DNA of 63,820 nt, the filler included, from Octopus bimaculoides (lineage: Eukaryota): the NCBI RefSeq assembly GCF_001194135.2. It is 7 parts of 7 records of this genome, joined end to end, with 100 filler letters (N's around TTAATTAATTAA, not from the genome) between each part and the next. Parts side by side here need not be neighbours in the genome. Positions count along the whole stretch, not along the records: positions 1 to 8,098 come from NW_026372497.1; positions 8,199 to 14,473 come from NC_069003.1; 5 more parts are not named here. The stretch is one strand, 5' to 3'. Each line of letters begins with the position of its first letter. Positions within the stretch are counted from its first letter, which is position 1. Shown in pieces: positions 1-12,329 of the stretch. The position numbers and the translations under genes were made by a program. The notes below the pieces were generated by a model that worked only from the letters and a program-made list of their open reading frames with translations, ran no database searches and was not told the origin of the DNA.

Positions 1-93
1 ATTTTAGGTTGAGTAGGGGCTCTGCGCATGACAATTACGACTTCCTGTCGATGTTTGCATAAACTGACTAAAATCTGGTTGGATTTCCGCCAG

Positions 94-146
<53 letters not shown>

Positions 147-949
147 CCCGCTCGTTCTTTCTCTCACTCACTTTCTCATTATCTCTCACCCTCTCCCTCT
201 TCTCTCTTTCTCTTCTTATTTCTGCTTTTCTTTCACCTTCCCTCTTTCTCCTCTCTCTTTGTCTCTTTTTCTCTCCCTCTGCTTTTCTCTTCTCAAACTC
301 GCTTTCTCTCTCCCTCTCTCTCACCCTCAATCGCTATCTGTCACCCTCTCCACTTTTTCTCTCCCTTCCTCTTTCTCTCTTTCTTTCTCCCCTTTTCTTC
401 CTCTTCCCATCTCTTTTTCTCTCTCCTTCTAGCTCTCTCATTCTGTAGCCTCCTCCCTCTCTCTTTCACACTACCCCCTTCTCTCTCTATCACCTTGTTT
501 CACTTGTCCCTTTTCTCTCTCTCTCAACCTCTCTCACATTCTCCTTTTCTTTCTCCTTCTATCACTTGCTTCACCTTTTTCTCTCTATCGCTCTTCCCTC
601 CTCACACTGTCCCCTTCTCTATCACCTTGCTTCACTCTTCCCCCTTCTCCTCTCTCCCCCCACTCTCTCATGTCTCGAAGACAGCAAAACCCTTTTTACT
701 CCTAACCTGGTTCCTCCAGTTCAGGGCCTTTCTACAACACACAAGAGAAGGAAGCAGGAAGAACGGAGTGAAAGAAGGAGAAATAAAAAAGAGTGACTGA
801 TCACAAGGAATTCCTTATCTCCTTCATTCTTAACACTTCCCGCCCATCTTCAACCCCCGCACACTTTGGTTTTCAAGTATGAGGGGAGGGGCATTTTCTG
901 GGAAATGTTGGGTAAGGAGTTAACACTGTCATTCTGATGCTATTGTTGT

Positions 950-1330
950 CATTTTGTTGTTTTTGCTGTTGTTGCTGTTGTTATTGTTGTTGCTGTTATT
1001 GATGACGATGTTGCTGTTGTTGTTACTCTTTCCTTCTTCTTCTTCTTCTTCTTCTTCTTCTTCTTCTTCTTCTTCTTCCAATTCTTCTTCTTCTTCTTCT
1101 TCTTATTCTTCTTCCAATTCTTCTTCTTCTTCTTCTTTTTCTTCTTCTTCCAATTCGTCTTCTTCTTCTCCTTCTTCTTCTTCTTCTTCTTCTCCTTCTT
1201 TTTCTTCTTCTTCTTCTTCATCTTCTTCTTCTTCTTCTTCTTCTTCTTCTTCTTCTTCTTCTCCTCCTCCTCCTCCTCCTCCCCTCTTTGTCCTCCTCCT
1301 CCTCCTCTTCGTCCTCCTCCTACTTTTTCC
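950..1330. repeat. (TTG)n/(TTC)n/(CCT)n compound microsatellite
   Basis: Direct reading; source of the poly-K and poly-S ORFs. Confidence 0.95.
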
Positions 1331-1613
1331 TGTTGTTGTAGTCGTTTAGTCCCGGTCTGTTTAGATACAGCAGACCAATTTGCCAAAAGCGTTCCATCCG
1401 TGTCCCCTTACACTTTTGCTTTTTCTCCCTCCTCACTCGGTGACGACTTGCAATTCGTTCTCATTACTTCTCAATCGGTCGTGATTTGAGGGACATTGCA
1501 TGGTTTCTATATCTAGCAAAGCCAAATTATCCAGAAGGGTACCACCCTCTATCGCCCGACACCGCTTTGGCTCCATAAAGGGCTCAATGTCGGGTGCTGC
1601 AACGTAATTCCTG

Positions 1614-1651
<38 letters not shown>

Positions 1652-1965
1652 TCTCTCTTTCTTTGTCTCTCTGTCACCTTTTTCACTAAATCTCTTTCTC
1701 TATCCCCCTTTCTCTCCCATTCTTTCAAACTATCTCTCTCCCTCTTTTTCTATCAATCCCTCTTCCTCCCCACTCTTCCTCCCCACTACTCTTGCCCCGA
1801 CTTTCTCTCTCTCTGTTCCCTTTCATTTCTCTCTCTTTCTCTATCCCCCTTTCTCTTTTATTCTTTTCCAACTCTCTCTTTCCCTTACCTATTCTCTCTC
1901 ACTCTCTTCCCCACCCTTCATCTCTATCACCCCTTTCATCACACTCTCTTTCCCAATTACACCCC

Positions 1966-2003
<38 letters not shown>

Positions 2004-2225
2004 TTCCTTGCTTTCTCTCTTTCTCACTCTCTTTCTTTCTTTCCCCTTCTCTCACTTAGTCTCTCTCATTCTGTCCCTCTCTCTCTCTCTCCTTCATTCT
2101 CTTTCCAACTCACCCTCTCCCTCACCCATTCCCTCATTCTATCGCCCTCCTTATTACCCTTCCCCCTCACTCTCTGTTCCCTAACCTCTCTCTTTCTCAC
2201 TCACCCCACACCTCTCACTCTAAAG

Positions 2226-2291
2226 ATAGCAAACACAACATCAAACACACGACACCTTACACCGAATTCTGTTTCCGCTTCTTCATGCCAG
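2226..2291 (+). CDS. Candidate 66-nt exon (DSKHNIKHTTPYTEFCFRFFMP); strand ambiguous
   Basis: Follows a long pyrimidine tract with aag|; CCAG|gtttgt donor; phase 1-1. The in-register antisense frame is also open with plausible splice sites. Confidence 0.25.
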
Positions 2292-2589
2292 GTTTGTAAC
2301 AAAACTGTAGGATAAAAGGCAGAAACCCAAACAACTACAAGAAATAAGCAAATGTGTTTGTTTGTACGTGTTTGTATGTACGAGAGCATGTGTGTGTGTG
2401 TATTTTACTACATGATGTATGTGAATATATTATAAATATGATAAATGTCTATCACATATGTTTGGACACATTGAGCAGATATCGATTTTCCTAGAGAGAC
2501 GGACAGGCGGTAAGAAAAGAAAATACAATACATGTAGACATGTGCTGACGATGATGTTTTTCTTTCTCTGGACTTTTCCGTTATCCTTT

Positions 2590-2616
2590 CTGACGAAGAG
2601 CTATGCTCGAAACGTC
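2590..2616 (+). ncRNA. Minimal hammerhead ribozyme motif (Penelope type)
   Basis: CTGACGA-A-GAGC-TAT-GCTC-GAAA-CG-TC; palindromic ACGT stem III; stem I is weak. Confidence 0.5.
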
Positions 2617-3620
2617 ATAAACTCTCTCATTTTTCCAACCGTCAAATTAATATATTCCATCTGCACGTCCTCTTGTTGTTATTTTTAATGTTCCATTATT
2701 CAATTAACTAACCACATGCACACACATATGCTTATATATATATATATACATATATATACACACATGCATACATACATACATACATACATATCAAATAATC
2801 ATAAAGAATACAGAGACAAGTACACCATCAAATGTCTCTTAATTTTATAGTTTGTCATTCACCATAATTCGTTGGGTTAATTAACCTACACGTGTTTCTA
2901 CTGCACAGAGTATGCGCAATTGCACATGGAACCGAGCATAATTTTCTGTGCACCTTTTATATATACATGTGTGCGTGAGAGAGAGAGAGAGAGAGGGGGG
3001 GAGAGGGAGAGATTTTGTTACCCAGAAGACCCAAAAGGCAAGTAAGGCTATGTAAGTGCTTACNNNNNNNNNNNNNNNNNNNNNNNNNNNNNNNNNNNNN
3101 NNNNNNNNNNNNNNNNNNNNNNNNNNNNNNNNNNNNNNNNNNNNNNNNNNNNNNNNNNNNNNNNNNNNNNNNNNNNNNNNNNNNNNNNNNNNNNNNNNNN
3201 NNNNNNNNNNNNNNNNNNNNNNNNNNNNNNNNNNNNNNNNNNNNNNNNNNNNNNNNNNNNNNNNNNNNNNNNNNNNNNNNNNNNNNNNNNNNNNNNNNNN
3301 NNNNNNNNNNNNNNNNNNNNNNNNNNNNNNNNNNNNNNNNNNNNNNNNNNNNNNNNNNNNNNNNNNNNNNNNNNNNNNNNNNNNNNNNNNNNNNNNNNNN
3401 NNNNNNNNNNNNNNNNNNNNNNNNNNNNNNNNNNNNNNNNNNNNNNNNNNNNNNNNNNNNNNNNNNNNNNNNNNNNNNNNNNNNNNNNNNNNNNNNNNNN
3501 NNNNNNNNNNNNNNNNNNNNNNNNNNNNNNNNNNNNNNNNNNNNNNNNNNNNNNNNNNNNNNNNNNNNNNNNNNNNNNNNNNNNNNNNNNNNNNNNNNNN
3601 NNNNNNNNNNNNNNNNNNNN

Positions 3621-3668
<48 letters not shown>

Positions 3669-4302
3669 TACATATATACATATATGCACACAGTATACAT
3701 ATATACATATGTGTGTGTATGTATGTATGTATGTATGTATGTATGTATATGGATATATGTATTTGTTTATATTTATTTATAAACATATTAACAAGATGGA
3801 AAGTATAGATTTCACATGTTTTAAAATTTAATTAGGCTCAAATTTAATTCATTATTAACCACTTCATTAATACCATACTAACATCATTAAGATACATAAT
3901 TTAAATTAAATTAAAATTAAATCAATTTAAAAGCCATGTTTAACCAAAGTATCAAGAGTCTTATACGGTGTGTTATTAAAAAAGACATTAGTTGTTACGG
4001 CTTTTAATTAACATACCGCGCAACACTCTTGAGGATTTCGGTAAACATTGCTTTTAAATTAATTTTGAGTTAATCTTAATTTTAAATGAATTTAATTTAG
4101 ATTAAATATTTATATAACTTAATTATGGAATTATGGAATTAATGTTGTTTACTCTAATAAAACAGATCATCTGCATAGTTAATTTACGAAATATATGTGA
4201 AATCTCTGCCTTCCTGCTTTTTATTTTAAATATGTTACTCTCAACGAACATTTTAGCTGCTTATATATATAACAGTTTATAGCAGAGACTCCATCTAAGA
4301 AT

Positions 4303-4335
4303 ATCTGAAGAAGGAATTGTATTCCGAAATATCAT
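4303..4335 (+). ncRNA. Minimal hammerhead ribozyme motif (Penelope type)
   Basis: CTGAAGA-A-GGAAT-TGT-ATTCC-GAAA-TA-TC; 5-bp stem II, palindromic ATAT stem III, 2-bp stem I. Confidence 0.55.
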
Positions 4336-4467
4336 CGGACTATGGATAACTAAATTACAACAAGTATATAGTCCATTGTTTGTATTATAATGCATTGTTG
4401 TATCATTCAAAACTTTTTATTCTTTGCAAACAATACATAATGCTTCAAGCGAACTACAATATTCTCC

Positions 4468-4527
<60 letters not shown>

Positions 4528-4712
4528 GATGGAACTATTAAAATACCATCACGAGTGTTAAGCAAATTTTCAGCAGTACAGGCAAATGAATAAGATATAT
4601 ACATACAATATTAGATATGTACATATCTATTCGGTATTTTTGACTTCTATTTTTTAGCGATGTAGGTGCTCATGTAGTGGCCTTGTGTATATATGTACAT
4701 ATNNNNNNNNNN

Positions 4713-4760
<48 letters not shown>

Positions 4761-5099
4761 CTGTGTCTCTTTTTGTCAACCACCAGCGCTTGACAATCGG
4801 TGTTGGTGTGTTTACGTCCCCGTAATTTAACGGTTCGGGAAAAGAGACCGATGGAATAAGTACCAGGTTTTAAAAATGTACTAGGGTCGATTCATTCGAC
4901 TAAAAATTCTCTAAGGTGATGCTCCAGGATGGCCGCAGTCATAGGACTGAAACAAGTAAAAGATAAAATATACATTCATTTATATATATATATATATTTA
5001 GATTCAAGTGATTGCCCTTGAATGATTACTGAATTGGCTGATATACTAATGATTGGTCGATGGTTTGTGGTATGGGAAGTACGAATTATTGTGTAAGTT

Positions 5100-5820
5100 A
5101 AGTATTAATACCTAAAAAGTTGGCCTTTGTTACATCATCATCAAAAACGACGCCTAAGCCCATTCTACGGAAAAAANNNNNNNNNNCCTTTGTTACATCA
5201 TCATCAAAAACGACGCCTAAGCCCATTCTACGGAAAAAACTTAACCAAACTATTCTTAACCTTTTGTACTTTTTGGTCAGAAACATTTTGAAGGTAAAGT
5301 AAACAATCATCACGGTATAGACCGCCATTGATTCTTGGGAAGTGGTCTGCCACTTCATAAAGTATGTATTTACAGACTAAATCAGCTACTTGTGCTGAAT
5401 CAGAACTTCCCATTGTAACATCAAAACCATCGGGTGTGTCTTTACGGACGCACATCTTATTGTCAAACTTAATGATAGATTTTCTGGCGGCCAACACAAC
5501 ATTAATTTCTTCCCTGGTGAGACCAGCTTTGTTATGAGCAAGCCAAAGTGCCTTATTAAGTACTATTGCGTTGATGGAGGAATAAAAACTAGAAATGCCA
5601 AACCGGATAAATTTAGTGCTCCTCTTATTAGTAATAGACCTAAACCAGTCGATGACTTGGAATGAATTAGGCTATAAGCTAAGCTTTCAGTTCACCACTA
5701 CACATATCTATCATCTGTTAAAATGTCTTATTGACGAGTTTTATTTCTTCATTTCCCGGAAGAGAAGATTACAGTGTTTTACACCATTTTATTCCTTTGG
5801 AATAATACGAATGATATCTT
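5100..5820 (-). mobile_element. Penelope-like element (Naiad-type) reverse transcriptase fragment, decayed
   Basis: Translated motifs FYSSIN, ARKSIIKF, FDVTMGSSDSAQVADLVCKYIL, GLYRDDCL and ANFLGI match the FDVTMGS..G.EVCELVG / GLYRDDGL pattern of PLE RTs. Confidence 0.8.
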
Positions 5821-6042
5821 CGAAACATATGTCGGAAGTAAAAGAATTTGAATAACACCTGCATTTAACGCTTTTAATTTATATATATTATACAAAATAT
5901 TTCACATAAACCCGGAGTTTCTACCTTTAAAAACAAGGTGTTACACACTTTTTACTTGTGTGAATTTTGGCTGCCCTGGTAACTATTTATCTATTTTTTC
6001 CATGTTAATTGTTAACAAGGGGAAAAAAATACACACATCTCT

Positions 6043-6152
<110 letters not shown>

Positions 6153-8098
6153 GTGTGTGAAAGACGGAAGATAGAATATACGTGAATTTTTATTATTAAC
6201 CACGATAATTGTTTGGACACATCTAGCATCGATCCCTTACCAGTGGGACACTAGCAAATGGTTTAGGAGCATCTGGCAGTACAGATGTATATCATCGGGT
6301 GATAAATAGATGCAACTCGTTAAAATAACAATTCTGCAATGTAACTTCTTGTTTTGTAAACAGAAAAGCAGCAAAACGAAGGAAGTATCTTCATCTATAT
6401 AAAAGATTTAAAAAATAGAACCGCAAGAGTGTCTGTGTGGTAAGTAGCTTGCTTACCAACCATATGGCTCCGCGTTCAGTCCCAATGCATGGCACCAAAG
6501 CCTTGTGAGTGGATTTCTGTGTATAGTTCTGTGGAATATGTTTATAACGCGACAGACTACGCTGAAGAGTTGCAGATTTTTGCATTATGCAAGTATTAAC
6601 AATGAAATCATGATACGTAGATAATCGTTTTCTTTTGTATATTTTCATTTGTTTTGCTCATTTTTACATTCTGGCGTTTTTACTGAGATTTTTCTTGACA
6701 ACACACTCTTTGTGGTAAGGTGATTTGGCGTCTATCTTTAGCATATTAGGAATCCACTTTAGTGGTCATTCCTCTTAATAATTATAATATAATTTTTAAA
6801 TCTTCGGATTTTTTAAAATATGCTATACCACTTGTTTAAATTGATGTTAATTGACTGATATCAATTTCTACCCACATTATTTAATTTTATACATGTGTGT
6901 GTGTGTGTCTGTGTCTGTGTCTGTGCGTGTATGTGTATGTGTATNNNNNNNNNNNNNNNNNNNNNNNNNNNNNNNNNNNNNNNNNNNNNNNNNNNNNNNN
7001 NNNNNNNNNNNNNNNNNNNNNNNNNNNNNNNNNNNNNNNNNNNNNNNNNNNNNNNNNNNNNNNNNNNNNNNNNNNNNNNNNNNNNNNNNNNNNNNNNNNN
7101 NNNNNNNNNNNNNNNNNNNNNNNNNNNNNNNNNNNNNNNNNNNNNNNNNNNNNNNNNNNNNNNNNNNNNNNNNNNNNNNNNNNNNNNNNNNNNNNNNNNN
7201 NNNNNNNNNNNNNNNNNNNNNNNNNNNNNNNNNNNNNNNNNNNNNNNNNNNNNNNNNNNNNNNNNNNNNNNNNNNNNNNNNNNNNNNNNNNNNNNNNNNN
7301 NNNNNNNNNNNNNNNNNNNNNNNNCATGTGTGTGTGTGTGTCTGTGTCTGTGTCTGTGCGTGTATGTGTATGTGTATATATGCATAAACGACAGGCTTCT
7401 TTCGGTTTCTGTCTACCAAATCCAGTCAGAAAGCTTTAGTGGGCCCGAGGCAACAGTAGAAGACACTTGCCAAGGTGCTAGGCAGTGGGAATGAACCCAG
7501 AAACGTCACTGAAAAGCAATCTTCTTACCACACGGTCAAGTCACAAAAACACACACACAAACGCACACAAACACACACTCACATACATACACACACACAT
7601 ACAATTACATACACATATATATACAAGTGTAGGGTGGGGTTTGTATATAGGTGTGTGTGTTTGCGTGGGTATTATGTATGTATAAATATATGTATGTACG
7701 TATGTATGTGTGTATGTATGTGTGTGTGTGTGTGTATGTATGTATATGTATATACGTGTACACTTATATCTGATGTGTATGCACTCACACACACCAGAAT
7801 CCCACTTAAGATTGTTTCTGACTAATAAATAAAATTAATAGTCGAGAAATAATTATGAAACATGCTTGCACCGAAACACACCCATTAGAATTGTAGGAGA
7901 GTGTGTTTACCTCTGTGTGTGTGTGTATTTACATATATATATACATACAGATATCTACATCCATATATATATATAATTATATACATATTTATGTATACCT
8001 ACACACACACATAGATAAATATATACATAGATACATGCATACATACATACATACATACATACATATGTATGATATATGTGTGTATATATATATATATA

Positions 8099-8198
8099 NN
8101 NNNNNNNNNNNNNNNNNNNNNNNNNNNNNNNNNNNNNNNNNNTTAATTAATTAANNNNNNNNNNNNNNNNNNNNNNNNNNNNNNNNNNNNNNNNNNNN
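8099..8198. other. Artificial 100-bp scaffold spacer (44 N, TTAATTAATTAA, 44 N)
   Basis: Same structure at 14474-14573, 19405-19504, 45213-45312, 54403-54502 and 61709-61808; TTAATTAATTAA gives stop codons in all six frames. Confidence 0.97.
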
Positions 8199-8299
8199 TT
8201 ACAGTATCGAAATGGTGTACATATACATGTATATGTATACATATACATCTCTCTCTCTTTCTGTCTGTCTCTCTCTTTCTCTCTTTCTCTCTCTGTGAA

Positions 8300-8609
8300 A
8301 GTATCTGTCATTACAGTATCGAAATGTGATTGTTTCAGTTAGTGGAATAGTTTCATTTTTAAAGTGAAAGTATTTGACATGAGTGTTTTTGTTTCACTTT
8401 TGACACGTAATACTTAAATAGTGGAAGAGATATTATGTTGCCGTGTGCTCGAACTCTGCAAGAAGTAAAAAAAATTTTGGACTAAAACACAACTGGAACC
8501 CTAAGTAAGACATCTGTAAAATTTGAATGAAATTGGTTGCGTAGTTCTCGAGTTTTAGGGATTCACACACACAGACAGACAGACACATTCTCATTTTTAT
8601 ATATATAGA
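8300..8609 (-). mobile_element. Non-autonomous Helitron-like 5' fragment
   Basis: Minus strand begins A|TCTATATATATAAAAATGAG, then (TGTC)n and GAGAACTACGCAACCAATTTCATTCAAATTT, like Lep1-type Helitron 5' ends. No 3' hairpin-CTAG seen. Confidence 0.5.
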
Positions 8610-9206
8610 TATACGACGGGCTTCTTTCAGTTTCCGTCAACCAAATCCACGCACAAGGCTTTGGTCGACCAGAGGCTATAATAGAGAAGACGCGTGCTCA
8701 AGGTACCGCACTGTAGGACTGAAACCCAGAACCATGTAGTTGAGAGGCAAACTTATCACACAGCCACACCTCGTGTTATTTCATAGTCATCGTTGAAGAT
8801 AATTCTTTCTCTAATTAGCAGCATGTTAAACATAATAGCACTTATACAAATATTCAGGCCATCTCTTCCTGTCATTCTCGAAAAATCTGAAAAAGGAAAG
8901 GAAAGGAAAAGTCACAGCGGCAGTTTTAACCTTCCTTGTAAGCCATAGAAGTCACAGCTACAAACCGTTGGAAAGATACAACTTTAAAAGAAGTATTGTC
9001 AAGTTCGTTAAAGTACTGTGTTACTTTTCAGTTTTAAACTGGAATAAATTTTTTTACAACTGTCGCTGGTCTTAACTTCCAGCATTCTCTCTCTCTCTGT
9101 GTTTGTGGTGTGTGTGTCTCTTTGTTTCATCTATCTATCCATCTATCCGTCTGACTATCTACCAGCTATCAATCTATCTATTTACCAACTATCAATCAAT
9201 CAATCA

Positions 9207-9272
<66 letters not shown>

Positions 9273-9356
9273 ATATCTGTCTGTCTGTCTGTCTATCTAT
9301 CTGTCTATCTGTTTTTCTAACTATCTATCTATCTGTTAATCTGTCTATCTACCAGT

Positions 9357-9410
<54 letters not shown>

Positions 9411-9450
9411 GTTTATCTATCTCTGCCTGTTTCTCCAGCCTCTCTTGTTT

Positions 9451-9507
<57 letters not shown>

Positions 9508-10723
9508 TTCACACAGAGAGAGAGAGAGGTACTCACCAGCTGATATTGTGTCGATGTGGTGGGGCAAACTGTCTTCCAAAAGTATACCAAGACTCACTGC
9601 ACATCATTGATTCAGTAGTCGACAGCCCTATAATTAACGATGTTGTGGGCTACACTCAGTTAAGACATGCTAGGAAAAGGGGAAATCATATGTACGGGAG
9701 GGAGGGTGAAGATACGAAGAAACATGTCTGAAGCTAAATATATAACTATCATAGGATTAACAACTTTGTCTTGTAGTGAAGTGGTAGTAACTAAAATACC
9801 AACGTGGAGCGTGATGACAAACCTGAGTTGAAGTGGTGGTGGTAGCGGCGGCGGCAGTGGTAGTGGTGGTTCTGGTTGTGATGGTGGTAATCGTTGTGAT
9901 AACAATGGTCATGATCACAGTGATTGTAGTTCTAGCGTGGGTATATGCGCGTGTACTGTCTGTATACAGTGCCATGTTTATGTCTGCATTATGTGTGTGT
10001 GTATGTACATATATGTATGTACTGTGCTATGTTTGTATGTGTGTGTGTATTTATGTGTATTGTGTATGTACTGTGATGTGTCTGTGTCACCAATTGTTTA
10101 ACCCTCGGTCAGCTTTAACCAAGGAGAACTATGTTCAAAAGCATTCCAGTTGTAACCACCGAGTCATTTCTTTCTTTTTTTTCATACACGGCCATTATTT
10201 CAATTCATTTTGAAAAATCTTGTCTCTCACAACATTCTTTCATCCTTTTATTCCTTTCAGTCATTTGACTGCGGCCATGCTGAAACACCACCTTAAAGGG
10301 TTTTAGTCGAAGACATCGACCCCAGGACTTATTCTTTGTAAGCCGAGTACTTATCCTATTGGGTCATTTTGCCGAACCGCTAAGTTACGGAGACGTAAAA
10401 CATACCAGCATCGGTTGTCAAGTGACGGTGGAGGACAAACACAGACACAAAGACATCTATTAACACATACATACATACATACATACATACATTTCTCTAA
10501 TATATATGCAGGCTAATATAAGACCCACATTACACTCCTCAATCGTATCACGATCGAACCAAGAGTTTAACTACGGTCTGTCCATAGCACTTACTTAGCA
10601 TTACCTGCCACTCTTTGGGTCTTCTAGATACCAATACCTTTTATACACACACACACATATATAGGCGATATTAAATCTCTGAGCAAAATGTAAACAGTAG
10701 CAATACGAAATCGTACCGTAGCA

Positions 10724-11102
10724 TAATTGCCAACCAAGTGTGGCGTCCTATACGGGACAGTGCTACTGACGTTTATTGCCCAGAGGTTTGATATAGCTTA
10801 TTTCTCCTTTTTCGAGATCAGCGACGATTCGTCGCTGGAAAAAAGTATATAGTATTTTGTGAGTGGGGTGGTGGGTTTTCATCACTAGCTGGTGATTAAC
10901 ACACGGTGAGTACGAGTAACCACCCAGAAACTCGAGCCCGTGTGTATCACGTAAGGCTAGGGATGGGAGCGATGACATCCCCTCGCAAATACTGATCGGA
11001 CACAGAATGTGTGTTGTTAGCCAGCTGGAAGAGACGTCTTTCTGGGGCTATAAACTACAGTAGCACTGTTCCGTATAGGACGCCCTACTTGGTTGGCAAT
11101 TA
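10724..11102. mobile_element. MITE with ~60-bp TIRs
   Basis: Arms 10724-10784 and 11041-11102 are reverse complements (TAATTGCCAACCAAGT..GGCGTCCTATACGG.ACAGTGCTACTG); TA ends. Confidence 0.8.
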
Positions 11103-11127
11103 TATGCGTGTATATATATATATATAT

Positions 11128-11700
11128 ATATATCATCATCATCATCATCATCATCATTATCATTTAACGCCTGCTTTCCATGCTGGCATGGGTTGGACGG
11201 TTTGACTGAGGACTGGCAAGCCAGAAGGCTGCACCAGGCTCCAATCTGATCTGGTAAAGTTTCTACAGCTGGATGCCCTTCCTAATGCCAACCACTCCAA
11301 GAGTATAGTGGGTGCTTTTTTACATGCCACCAGCACAAGAGGCTAGTTAGGAGGCTCTGGCAGTGGCCATGCTCGAATGGTGCTTTTTACATGTCACCGG
11401 CACGGGACCAGTCAGGAGGCACTGGCATCGACCACGCTTGAATGGGGCTTTTTTACATGCCACCAGCATGGGAGCCAGTCAGCCAGCACTGGTAATGATC
11501 ATGCTCGAATGGTACTTTTTACGTGCTACCGGCAGGGGACCGGTCAGGCGACACTGGCATTGACCACACTCAAATGGTGCTTTTTACATGCCACCGGCAC
11601 AGGTGCCACTTAGGCAGTACTGTCATTGGCCACAACAATGACTGCACTTGACTCAACAGGTCTTTGCAAGTGCAATTTATTGCCCAATGATTGAAGGGTA
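11128..11700 (-). mobile_element. Second copy of the RTE-type 3' UTR, with an internal ~69-bp tandem repeat
   Basis: Reverse-complement similarity to 45830-46010; (CAT)n tail; about 4.5 tandem units at 11312-11610. Confidence 0.75.
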
Positions 11701-12329
11701 CTCTTTTTATTTTTTATTCTTTTATTCTTCCATTCTTTTACTTGCTTCAGACTATGGCCATGCTAGAGCACTACCTTGAAAACCTTTTAGTTGAGCTAAT
11801 CGACCCCAATACTTATTTTCTCTTTAATCCTGGTACTTATTCTGTTGGTCTCTTTTGCTGAACTGCTAAGTTACAGGGACGTAAACACACCAACAGCAGT
11901 TGTCAAGCAGAGCTGGAGGACAAAGATACACAATGACACACACACACACATGTATAACGGGCTTCTTTCAGTTTCCATCTACCAAATCCATTCACAAGGC
12001 TTTAGTTGGCCTGAGGTTATAGTAGAAGACACTTGCCCAAGGTGCCACTCAGTGTGACTGAACCTGGAATCATATGGTTGAAAAGCAAGCTTCTTACCAC
12101 ACAGTCATGCCTGTGCCCAAAAAGTGAGATGCTTACAGCACATAGGTTTCCTATGCAGTCACCCATTCAAGTACTAACTAAGCTCAACACTGGTGATCGG
12201 ACGAGAACTGATGCATTAAGAATGACATGGCTGTATTTTCTCTTAAGACAGTAGAGGTGATTTGAAGCAGATTAATGTATTGCTTTTAGCAGATCAAACA
12301 GCCACAGCTTCCTCACTGTGTTGAATGGT

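Noticed and set aside
8-63. Possible terminal exon RLSRGSAHDNYDFLSMFA*
   Set aside because: Only 7 nt of upstream context and no recognised homology.
4-2184. ORFs rich in R/E, L/S, K or S at the window start
   Set aside because: Translations of (CT)n, (TTC)n and (TTG)n tracts; no coding complexity.
5124-5238. ~53-bp direct duplication in the RT fragment
   Set aside because: It flanks a 10-N gap, typical of unmerged contig overlap. The same applies to 63349-63454 and probably to the repeat across the 59991-60467 gap.
11312-11610. Repeat-and-variable-segment pattern resembling a CRISPR array
   Set aside because: The intervening segments are homologous to each other, the context is a eukaryotic retroelement UTR, and there are no cas genes.
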